52,450 nt of DNA from a virus (taxonomy: Duplodnaviria; Caudoviricetes), in the IMG/VR virus record IMGVR_UViG_3300017909_003089, positions 1-52,450 of that record; one strand, given 5' to 3'. Every line of letters starts with the position of its first letter. The stretch's first letter is position 1. The position numbers were made by a program, and so were the translations under genes. Below, one piece after another: positions 8,806 to 16,647 of this stretch. A model generated the notes under the pieces. The model ran no database searches. It had not been told where the DNA came from and was given only the letters and a program-made list of their open reading frames with translations.

Positions 8806-9414
8806 TTATTTTATTCTTTTTACACTTCCTTTTAAATCTGCCAAATAAGCAAAAAACTCTACTTGTGGATATTCTCTTTGTAAATCCAATAGAGCTTTAA
8901 GGTTATCTTTATGGTCATCAAATAAACGCACTCTTGCGTATTCATTTGTATCTAAATATTTTCTAAACACAACAGTTTTATTTGCTGCGCTATTTTTACC
9001 ACCTACATTTCCAGCACGCTCAACATATACATTCTTCATTGGTATACCATGAGCTTCAAATGTTTTTATGAATAAGTCTTTATTATCCATGTCAGCTCTT
9101 GCTGTGACAATAATAACTTTACTACCTTTGGCTGTTGCGTTTTTAATAATTGCTTTAGCTTTTTGAACCATTCGTGCGATTGGTGTAGCTGTTTGATAAA
9201 ATAGTTTAGATGATTTAAATTCACCATAATCCCACTCCTCATCTTTACCTAATTTATAGGAATTATATTCTTGAGGTGTAAGTTCTTTAATTTTACCAGT
9301 GTTTTTATGTTTAACTCTTACTCTAGCTCTTGATACAAACATAGTATCATCTATATCAAATATAGTTAATCCTTTACCTGCTTTTTCCGCTAAAAATTCG
9401 TTAAACTTTTTCAT
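8806..9414 (-). CDS. HAD-superfamily phosphatase (polynucleotide-phosphatase-like) with CTS-like N-terminus
   Basis: IFDIDDT, IVTAR, K and LFDD HAD motifs; starts MKKFNEFLAE. Confidence 0.8.
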   Translation of the reverse strand: MKKFNEFLAEKAGKGLTIFDIDDTMFVSRARVRVKHKNTGKIKELTPQEYNSYKLGKDEEWDYGEFKSSKLFYQTATPIARMVQKAKAIIKNATAKGSKVIIVTARADMDNKDLFIKTFEAHGIPMKNVYVERAGNVGGKNSAANKTVVFRKYLDTNEYARVRLFDDHKDNLKALLDLQREYPQVEFFAYLADLKGSVKRIK

Positions 9415-9422
9415 ATATAGAT

Positions 9423-9451
9423 ATTATACCACACTTTTTGTGTTTTGTAAA
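9423..9451 (-). promoter_or_regulatory. Sigma70-type early promoter (leaderless)
   Basis: TTTACA(9451-9446)-17nt-TATAAT(9428-9423); 8 nt to ATG; a late TATAAATA lies at 9456-9463. Confidence 0.8.
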
Positions 9452-9458
9452 TATCTAT

Positions 9459-9656
9459 TTATAATTCTAAGTTCTTTATAGTGTTAATTTTATCTTGTGC
9501 TTCTGCTATTTTAGATACTTGAGTTTCAATTGCTTCTACTACTTCAGGATGTTCTCCAATCCCTGTAGAGTTTCTAGTATATACTAATATATTAGCTTTT
9601 GCTATTGCAATTTCACCTTCTAGTTTTTTAACTAAAGCTTCTAACATAAAGTTCAT
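9459..9656 (-). CDS. Small coiled-coil hypothetical protein
   Basis: NSTGIGEHPEVVE motif. Confidence 0.7.
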   Translation of the reverse strand: MNFMLEALVKKLEGEIAIAKANILVYTRNSTGIGEHPEVVEAIETQVSKIAEAQDKINTIKNLEL

Positions 9657-10333
9657 CGTGATTCCTCCCAAAACTTTTCCCTTTTATATTCTGATATTGT
9701 ATTTATTAGTTCTGCGGTCCAATTATCTCTATCTTCTATGAAAACTTGAGGACCTGTATCTCCAGCAATTGCTACTACTAATTGTTTAATTGGCATACCT
9801 GTCCTTTCTTCCCACATGATTGCATATGCTGCGGCCTGCATAAAGTAATTAGATATCCATTCTTTTTTCTTTTCTTTACGAGATGTTTTCCAATCGATGA
9901 TAGAATCTTTTCCATTCCATACACCAACGCAGTCAACTCTTCCAGCTACTCCTAAATGTTTAGAATATAAAGGTGCTTCTATTGAATATACTTTTGATAA
10001 GTTTTGGTCAACAATAGGTTGTATATCTTTAAATGTTTGTATGTTATGTGGCATTTCACCCTGTAGATATTCAGGGTCATTGGCAATATATTTTTCGATT
10101 ATATTATGGATTTTAGTACCACGCGAAGAGGCCACTCGGCTGATACGATTAGCCTCTTCTTCTCCAACTCTCTCCCTCCACTTTTGAATTGCTTCACGAG
10201 AAAGTATTGATAATACTGTTGTGATACTCGGATATTGATTACCCTCTGGGTCTACATAATGTCTACCTTTTGCTTTCGTTTCCGAATTTAAGTCACTATA
10301 ACCTAAATCAATTTCTTCATGTATAAAATTCAT
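9653..10333 (-). CDS. PD-(D/E)XK exonuclease (Cas4/RecB-like)
   Basis: YPSITTVL, RGTKIH, AGRVD, IIDWKTS, QAAAY. Confidence 0.85.
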   Translation of the reverse strand: MNFIHEEIDLGYSDLNSETKAKGRHYVDPEGNQYPSITTVLSILSREAIQKWRERVGEEEANRISRVASSRGTKIHNIIEKYIANDPEYLQGEMPHNIQTFKDIQPIVDQNLSKVYSIEAPLYSKHLGVAGRVDCVGVWNGKDSIIDWKTSRKEKKKEWISNYFMQAAAYAIMWEERTGMPIKQLVVAIAGDTGPQVFIEDRDNWTAELINTISEYKREKFWEESR

Positions 10334-10344
10334 ATAATTATTTA

Positions 10345-10635
10345 TTAGCCTCTAATATCAACAGTGGCAATTGGTGCAACAATAGCTGGACATCTTTTTT
10401 TGTTTTTAAATATTAACCAAGTAGCATTCTTTGCTTCTCTTCTATTTAAAACATCATCACCATTCTTATCTGCATGGTCAAACATTTTTCCAACTTTTTG
10501 ACAACCGCCCTGAATCAACTCAGCTTCACTTATTACATTATCTGCATTAAAATCAAATTTTCTCATTCTCCAATCATCAGCAAAAGCATCTGATATAAAC
10601 AATGAAAGAACTGATACACTTAATAGTTTTTTCAT
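10345..10635 (-). CDS. Secreted EF-hand protein
   Basis: Signal peptide; loops DFNADNVISEAE and DKNGDDVLNRRE. Confidence 0.75.
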   Translation of the reverse strand: MKKLLSVSVLSLFISDAFADDWRMRKFDFNADNVISEAELIQGGCQKVGKMFDHADKNGDDVLNRREAKNATWLIFKNKKRCPAIVAPIATVDIRG

Positions 10636-10636
10636 T

Positions 10637-10840
10637 TTAGTCTCCTACAATAAATGACCCAATTAACCAAAATGATAGTAACATAAATCCTACAGTGCAA
10701 ATTTGTACTACCGACATAATCGCTACAAACTTTAATTGCACATCACCTAATGGTAATAATTCATTATTTATCCACTCCTGTTGTTCTTCAGGAGTTGCAT
10801 CTCTCGGTTTATTTAATAATAATTCTAGTTGTTGAGCCAT
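10637..10840 (-). CDS. Small membrane protein
   Basis: C-terminal TM helix. Confidence 0.6.
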   Translation of the reverse strand: MAQQLELLLNKPRDATPEEQQEWINNELLPLGDVQLKFVAIMSVVQICTVGFMLLSFWLIGSFIVGD

Positions 10841-10900
10841 ATCAATAATATATATAATAGATTATAACTCAATAAGATAATACTAGAAAAATAATTGCAT

Positions 10901-11149
10901 TTATTTTGTTTTTATTCTATCTCTATCTCTTGGTGGTAACCCACTCTTAATTCTTGATTGGACTTCTTTCCAACCATCACCAGCTAATGTTTCTTTAGAC
11001 TTAAATCCGTTATAACTAAATCCTGGTGCTTGTGAATAATATCTTTTTATCTGTGGATTATCTTTCATATATTTATCATATTCAGATAATGATAACATCT
11101 TTTCAAATACTTCTTCTGTTTCAGTATTTATGAATTCATACATTGGCAT
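10901..11149 (-). CDS. FmdB-like ribbon protein lacking Cys
   Basis: MPMYEFINTETEEVFEK start with GGAGAGG SD. Confidence 0.65.
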   Translation of the reverse strand: MPMYEFINTETEEVFEKMLSLSEYDKYMKDNPQIKRYYSQAPGFSYNGFKSKETLAGDGWKEVQSRIKSGLPPRDRDRIKTK

Positions 11150-11702
11150 GTTGATAACCTCTCCACCATTCTGGTGCTTCTCTTCCCCATTCCCATTTAG
11201 CAAATGGTTTAGCTTCATGATAGTAATTACGATATGCTTGAACAGCATCGCCTGGTACTTTACATTGTGGGTAATGATTCATAGCTTGTGCAAATTCTGT
11301 TAGACCTATGTCAGGAATATTCTTTGGTGCTTTAGAAAGTATAGTACCTAATTTATTAAATGTAGCATGTACTTTTTTACGTCTGAACTCATATTCCAAA
11401 CTCATAGCTGTAAAATGTTTGTAATGCCAATTGTAATTATCTGCACTTTCCATAGTCCACGTTGTACACGGATGATATTTATGGACTGCTAGGTAATATA
11501 AATTATCTCTTTCATCTCCAAAAGTATAATACTGTTGCATTGTTTTGCCTGACTTTGATGGCCTTCGTTCTGGAGTACCATCCAACATGCGATGAGCTGT
11601 TGATAACATTTGTGCAGACTCAACAATCATTTTGGGTATATGTTTATCGCATAGCATTTGTGCAGCTATGACTGGATCATTATCTAATACAAATATGTTC
11701 AT
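11136..11702 (-). CDS. Pyrimidine-dimer DNA glycosylase-like protein (DenV/Pyr_excise family)
   Basis: MNIFVLD...CDKHIPKMIVESAQMLSTAH, HPCTTW, AYRNYY. Confidence 0.75.
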   Translation of the reverse strand: MNIFVLDNDPVIAAQMLCDKHIPKMIVESAQMLSTAHRMLDGTPERRPSKSGKTMQQYYTFGDERDNLYYLAVHKYHPCTTWTMESADNYNWHYKHFTAMSLEYEFRRKKVHATFNKLGTILSKAPKNIPDIGLTEFAQAMNHYPQCKVPGDAVQAYRNYYHEAKPFAKWEWGREAPEWWRGYQHANV

Positions 11703-11709
11703 AATATAT

Positions 11710-11738
11710 ATTATACCACAGTTTTAATTAAATGTAAA
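11710..11738 (-). promoter_or_regulatory. Sigma70-type early promoter (leaderless)
   Basis: TTTACA-17nt-TATAAT with TGTGG extended -10; 7 nt to ATG. Confidence 0.85.
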
Positions 11739-11897
11739 CTACTCCCTTTTCATATCTTGTAAGTAATCATTTAACACTAAAATTTTCTTTTTCATTTTAT
11801 ATGATAAATCTTGTTTACCCTTACAAGCCAATCTTCTAGAATAGTTTGTTGCTTTTGAAATATCTTTCTTCAGCTTTTCTACATTTACTGAACTCAT
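11739..11897 (-). CDS. Small basic protein (52 aa)
   Basis: Hand translation MSSVNVEKLKKDISKATNYSRRLACKGKQDLSYKMKKK...; AAGGAG SD. Confidence 0.65.
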   Translation of the reverse strand: MSSVNVEKLKKDISKATNYSRRLACKGKQDLSYKMKKKILVLNDYLQDMKRE

Positions 11898-11952
11898 AAA
11901 AACTCCTTATATAAAAATTAGTTAAGTTCATAATGTAGGTTTTCCTATAGGC

Positions 11953-12462
11953 TTACTCCTCTTCTTTTTTTGCTTTCTTTACAGTTTTCTTAGCTGGTGC
12001 TTTTTTCTCAGCTACTTTTGGTGCCTTTTTAATTAATCCAGGGAAAGCTTCCTGAACTACTTTTAAAGTTAATCCTTTATAGGCATCATATAATTTTCCG
12101 TCTTTTGCCAAACATAACATTTCAGCTTCATCACCATGTAATGATTCAAGTAAGCTAATAAACATACTTTCTCGCTTACCTTGATTAATACCACTATAAG
12201 CACCTTTAAAAAAGTATTTAAATTTTCTAAATCCTTTATGTAAAGTTGTGTATTCCATTCCAGCTGGAACATCATCTTTTTTATATGGTGGTATACCTTT
12301 TGGTAATAATGATACGATATCATCATCAAAATTGATTCTCAACACATCTCTCAGTGCTGGATATGAGTTATCTTTTAGATATTGAACTCTAAGCTTATGT
12401 AATTCTTTACCTTTTAAATCACTTAGCCCTTGTAATATTTCCGATACTAATGGTTTAGCCAT
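11953..12462 (-). CDS. Conserved T4-like hypothetical protein next to RNase H
   Basis: LPKGIPPY, KRESMFISLLESLH. Confidence 0.75.
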   Translation of the reverse strand: MAKPLVSEILQGLSDLKGKELHKLRVQYLKDNSYPALRDVLRINFDDDIVSLLPKGIPPYKKDDVPAGMEYTTLHKGFRKFKYFFKGAYSGINQGKRESMFISLLESLHGDEAEMLCLAKDGKLYDAYKGLTLKVVQEAFPGLIKKAPKVAEKKAPAKKTVKKAKKEEE

Positions 12463-13309
12463 TGTAAAATTCCTCCACGACTTCAATCAATAGATTGCAT
12501 CTTTTTTTAATTAAATAGTTTAACGTTTTCATTCTCATAGGAACCTTTTGGTTCTCATAAGTATTTATAATAGTTTCCTGGATATCATCAGGTATTTCTG
12601 TTAAATCAATAAGTTTTTTATTACGCTGATAATTCCTATATATTTCTTCTGGCATAACTTCTCTCAATCTGTCTGATTTTTCCAACCATTCATCAATTCT
12701 GTTTTGCCTTAAAGGTGTTTGAGATTTTTCACTCACAAATGTATCATCTGCTGATAATACATTAGGAACTCCATCACCTGTATCACCTCTCATAATATGG
12801 TTAAACGCATAAGTCCTTGGGTTCTTATCTGTAACCATTTTCTTTTGTATAGGACTAAATTGTTTTACATTATTGTATTTCTGTAATTGTATAAAATCTT
12901 TATCACTTGATACAATCATAATTTTTTCGTCCTTTCCAAACTCTTGACTTTCAATAACTAATGATGCAATAATATCATCAGCTTCTACTCCGTCCATGTG
13001 TATAACTTTATAAGGTAAATTCTCTGCTATTTCTTCTCTAACTAAATGAAGTATTCTAAATATTTCTGTCCAATCCTGGTCTGAATTATCTCTACCTTTT
13101 TTTCTGTTCGCTTTGTAATGCGGAAAGTAATCTTTACGCCAGGTATTCATGCCATCAGCACATATAACCATTTGGCCATACTCATCTCTATACCTTTTAT
13201 TATACATACGAATACTATTAAGTATCATATGTCTAATCATTTGTTCATCATTTAGTTTTTGCACAATAATATTGCTTAATGCAATTTGTGAATAATCAAG
13301 TAGTATCAT
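12455..13309 (-). CDS. rnh: T4-type RNase H (5'-3' exonuclease)
   Basis: YKANR, EADDII, SSDKDFIQL, GDTGDGVPN. Confidence 0.93.
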   Translation of the reverse strand: MILLDYSQIALSNIIVQKLNDEQMIRHMILNSIRMYNKRYRDEYGQMVICADGMNTWRKDYFPHYKANRKKGRDNSDQDWTEIFRILHLVREEIAENLPYKVIHMDGVEADDIIASLVIESQEFGKDEKIMIVSSDKDFIQLQKYNNVKQFSPIQKKMVTDKNPRTYAFNHIMRGDTGDGVPNVLSADDTFVSEKSQTPLRQNRIDEWLEKSDRLREVMPEEIYRNYQRNKKLIDLTEIPDDIQETIINTYENQKVPMRMKTLNYLIKKRCNLLIEVVEEFYNG

Positions 13310-13691
13310 TATCTTCTTCTTCCTCAAGTTGGTCTAGAAGTTTTTTAAGTTCTTCACGACCTTGTTCATTAGCGGCTAATAAAGCTTTAATTTCAATATA
13401 AGCTCTATCAAAAGTACGATGTAATCTATGAGGAATACCCATATATCTATTAAACATCGCATTTATCATATTTACTATCACAAACATATCTCTCGATTCT
13501 TGTACTGTTTCATCTCTAAAATTCATGTCCATAAAACGTCTTTCATCTGACGCTTGACCAGTAGTTATAAATTCTTCTAGGACTTCCATAAGAAATTGAG
13601 ATGTGCCAACACATTCATCTGAAATTGCATCAATGGGATTGATGTCTTGTTTGATTTCCTCACCTGTAGGAAATTTGAGTATTTTTGCCAT
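13296..13691 (-). CDS. Hypothetical protein
   Basis: 131-aa ORF starting MAKILKFP behind an early promoter. Confidence 0.7.
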   Translation of the reverse strand: MAKILKFPTGEEIKQDINPIDAISDECVGTSQFLMEVLEEFITTGQASDERRFMDMNFRDETVQESRDMFVIVNMINAMFNRYMGIPHRLHRTFDRAYIEIKALLAANEQGREELKKLLDQLEEEEDNDTT

Positions 13692-13702
13692 AATATTATT
13701 AT

Positions 13703-13731
13703 ATTATACCACAGTTTCTATATAATGTAAA
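13703..13731 (-). promoter_or_regulatory. Sigma70-type early promoter
   Basis: TTTACA-17nt-TATAAT; 11 nt to ATG; no SD. Confidence 0.85.
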
Positions 13732-13734
13732 TGG

Positions 13735-14157
13735 TTATTTTAAGTTTTTTACTGCATTGCCACCAATACGACAATTAATAATACCATTATAGTATTTATC
13801 ATCAATAAGCACATCTCTATCGAACTGTTCTTTAGCTTCCATATAAGCACATTCACCTTTTGTTTTACATAAGTGAAGTATTTCTCTATGAAACATTTCA
13901 TGGCCTTGTGTATCTACTTCTTCTTTAAGATGTACGTTACTCCCGTAATAATTTTTCCAATCTGACTCAACAAGTAATCTTTTTCTACGTTTTCTTGTCT
14001 TTGTTATTGGTAATGTTTTCTTGCTCCAAAAGAATTTCTTTCCGATATACATTCGTCCTGTCGCTCTGTTCGTTATCATGTAAACAAAACCGTATACGTC
14101 TTTGTGATCGTAGTCTTTCGGCATTTCGTATTTTTTGCCTTTGTAAACCCATTCCAT
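13735..14157 (-). CDS. GIY-YIG endonuclease
   Basis: GFVYMITN...YIGKK, YYGS, YYN. Confidence 0.85.
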   Translation of the reverse strand: MEWVYKGKKYEMPKDYDHKDVYGFVYMITNRATGRMYIGKKFFWSKKTLPITKTRKRRKRLLVESDWKNYYGSNVHLKEEVDTQGHEMFHREILHLCKTKGECAYMEAKEQFDRDVLIDDKYYNGIINCRIGGNAVKNLK

Positions 14158-14165
14158 ACTCTTAT

Positions 14166-14315
14166 TTATTCATCGAAATCTAACTCATCGACAGCTTCTA
14201 CTGCTGAACCACAATGTGGACAGTAAATAGGGTCAGGTCTTTCTTCTTCAAAATACATCTTTGTAGAAGTAAAACAAAACTCACAGTTGTGAGTGTACCA
14301 ATGATTTGGCTCCAT
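14166..14315 (-). CDS. Small zinc-ribbon protein (49 aa)
   Basis: Hand translation contains CEFC and CPHC. Confidence 0.7.
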   Translation of the reverse strand: MEPNHWYTHNCEFCFTSTKMYFEEERPDPIYCPHCGSAVEAVDELDFDE

Positions 14316-14318
14316 GGA

Positions 14319-14537
14319 TTATCCCAATTGTTCTTTTAGTTTATCGTATCCACCAATCTTTTCGCCATTGTATATAATCTGTGGAAACGTTCTCGCTCCT
14401 GGAAAAGTTTCTAACATCTCTTCTCTACCGAAGTCTGTACCTAATTGTTTGTATTCGTATTCTAATCCTTTTTGCTCACATAAGCTTTTAGCCATATCGC
14501 AAAATGGACACATTGTTTTTCCGTAAATAGTAATCAT
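14319..14537 (-). CDS. nrdC: Glutaredoxin
   Basis: CPFC, TFPQI, IGGY. Confidence 0.93.
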   Translation of the reverse strand: MITIYGKTMCPFCDMAKSLCEQKGLEYEYKQLGTDFGREEMLETFPGARTFPQIIYNGEKIGGYDKLKEQLG

Positions 14538-14965
14538 AATGTCTCCTCAATAAATTTACCAATTGTTTCAATATCTTGTTCTGATAACATTCCAGCTTGA
14601 GCCCACATAGTAGAACTCATAGCTCCAACTTCACCTCTATTTTTGTATGTAGTTAATCTATCTATAATGTATTCAGATGATTGACCTGCTAGTGCAGGAA
14701 ATGCTCCCATGCCTTGACCTTGCTGACCATGACATGCTGCGCATCCAGCCCATAGACCTCTAATAGAACTAAAAGGATCTTCATTAGCTGCAGCCTGTTT
14801 CATCTGTTCAATTTCTACTACAGTACCATTGAGTTTGACATATTCTTCATAGCATTCACCGTAACATCCATGAACTCTATCATACCCTTTGTATTCCAAA
14901 TTATTATATGCCATGGCAATAGTACCTGTCATAAATAAACATATTGTTAATATATATCCTTTCAT
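14534..14965 (-). CDS. Periplasmic monoheme cytochrome c (c553/c4-like)
   Basis: Signal-like N-terminus; CAACH; PALAGQ; distal Met in STMWAQA. Confidence 0.88.
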   Translation of the reverse strand: MKGYILTICLFMTGTIAMAYNNLEYKGYDRVHGCYGECYEEYVKLNGTVVEIEQMKQAAANEDPFSSIRGLWAGCAACHGQQGQGMGAFPALAGQSSEYIIDRLTTYKNRGEVGAMSSTMWAQAGMLSEQDIETIGKFIEETL

Positions 14966-15366
14966 TATGCCTCCTTGTCAATATCCCATGTGATTATATT
15001 TTTACCTTTCTTCGAAGGTCTGTTTTGCCAGAACTTCCATTGTTCTTGTTCTTGTCTCCATTCAAATAACCATGGAGCATTATCTCTTTCTGCATCTAAG
15101 AAGATTGCATTCGTAAATGCAAGTGGTATTAATACTCCTGCATGTACTACTATACTAAGTACTGTATTATATCCTAGCCATCCCATATAAAAAGATGCTA
15201 CAAATCCAAAATATACTGACCACATTGTAAACAATACTAACATAAAGTATGTCTGTAATGATGGGTCTGGTATATGCTTAAGTGGATTGTACTTAGCATT
15301 CATTACTAATCTCCAGCTGTCTACTATCCACATTGTCACTCGTCTAAATAAATTAGGTTTCTTCAT
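14965..15366 (-). CDS. Membrane protein coupled to cytochrome c
   Basis: Two TM helices; YNPLKHIPD; stop abuts cytochrome start. Confidence 0.7.
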   Translation of the reverse strand: MKKPNLFRRVTMWIVDSWRLVMNAKYNPLKHIPDPSLQTYFMLVLFTMWSVYFGFVASFYMGWLGYNTVLSIVVHAGVLIPLAFTNAIFLDAERDNAPWLFEWRQEQEQWKFWQNRPSKKGKNIITWDIDKEA

Positions 15367-16436
15367 AATTCCATTCCTTTAAAAGTATCTTCCGATACAT
15401 CTTGTTTAACTCCGCCAACAACATAAGAACTTATTTCTGTTTCTTGTGGTGCAACTTGTACATTACCTCCGGAAATCCATTTTTCCGTCCATGGAAGTGG
15501 ATTCATTTGAGGTACAGTATATGGACAAGTTAATCCTATTGCTCGCATTCTTTTACAGCCAATCCATTCAACATATTCTTTCAATATGGTTTCGTTTAAA
15601 CCAATCATAGAACCATTTTTAAATAGATAGTCCGCCCATTCCTTTTCTTGCTCAATAACTTTAACAAATAATTCTGTAGCCTGTGGCTCCATTTCTTTTG
15701 CTATCTTTTGCATATCCTTATCTTCTTTTAATAATAATTTAATCATTGTTGTGGTCGCAGCCAAATGTGTATTCTCATCACGGGCAATAAATTTAATAAT
15801 CTTTGCATTACCCTCCATCTTTTTGAGTTCAGCAAATGCCCAACTGCAGGCGAAGGATACATAAAAGCGAATTCCTTCCAGAGCATTGGCTGACATCAAG
15901 CACATATACAATGAACGTTTATGGTCCATTTTATTTGTAGCTGAATTATTATCTTTTATTAAATCATCATAATAAGTTGCAATATCGTTACCACATTCAA
16001 GTATTTCTTTTACATCAAGTAAACCATCAAACACATAAGATGGGTCAGGATAAACATTTCTAATAATATGTGTATATGACCTTGAGTGAATTGTTTCAAA
16101 AAAGGACCAGGTCTCAATCCAATTCTCTACTTCTGGTAGTGAAGCGATTGGTAAGAATGCAATATTTGGTGCTCTTCCTTGTACACTATCCAATAATATT
16201 TGACGTTTAAGATTAGATGTAAAGATATGTTTTTCGTGTTCAGTTAATGCATCAAAGTCTTTCTTATCTTTTGAAATATCAACCTCTTCTGGTCTCCAAA
16301 AGAATCCTAATTGCTTTTCTGTAATCTTTTCGATTTGTGGATACTTAAGTAAATCAAATCGCTGTATATCAACTGACTCATCTAAAAACATATTCTTAGT
16401 TAAATGAGACTTTTTATTTTTCTTCAGTATTGACAT
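15363..16436 (-). CDS. nrdB: Ribonucleotide reductase class Ia beta subunit
   Basis: FFWRPEE, ETIHSRSY, LEGIRFYVSF, DENTH, APQETEISSY. Confidence 0.96.
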   Translation of the reverse strand: MSILKKNKKSHLTKNMFLDESVDIQRFDLLKYPQIEKITEKQLGFFWRPEEVDISKDKKDFDALTEHEKHIFTSNLKRQILLDSVQGRAPNIAFLPIASLPEVENWIETWSFFETIHSRSYTHIIRNVYPDPSYVFDGLLDVKEILECGNDIATYYDDLIKDNNSATNKMDHKRSLYMCLMSANALEGIRFYVSFACSWAFAELKKMEGNAKIIKFIARDENTHLAATTTMIKLLLKEDKDMQKIAKEMEPQATELFVKVIEQEKEWADYLFKNGSMIGLNETILKEYVEWIGCKRMRAIGLTCPYTVPQMNPLPWTEKWISGGNVQVAPQETEISSYVVGGVKQDVSEDTFKGMEL

Positions 16437-16647
16437 CTCGCCTCCATGATATTGTTGATTTTGTTTCTATAGCATCTTGTGCACATTGTATATAATCCTT
16501 ATCCTCTTCGCTTAACACAGACCAAAACTTACTAATCGTCAATGTATGTTCATAGACGACTTCTGGTCTTTTCATGTGGTAATCTTGTTCCATCCAATTT
16601 TGCAGGATGTCCATTCTTTCGTTAATCTTATCTCTTAAATTTTGCAA
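16414..16647 (-). CDS. Hypothetical protein between nrdA and nrdB
   Basis: 77-aa ORF overlapping both neighbours. Confidence 0.65.
   Translation of the reverse strand: MQNLRDKINERMDILQNWMEQDYHMKRPEVVYEHTLTISKFWSVLSEEDKDYIQCAQDAIETKSTISWRRDVNTEEK

Noticed and set aside
9653-10333. Cas4 as evidence of CRISPR-Cas
   Set aside because: No Fe-S cysteine cluster, other cas genes or array; a common phage exonuclease.
16414-16647. Possible homing endonuclease between nrdA and nrdB
   Set aside because: Only 77 aa, with no HNH, GIY-YIG or LAGLIDADG motif.
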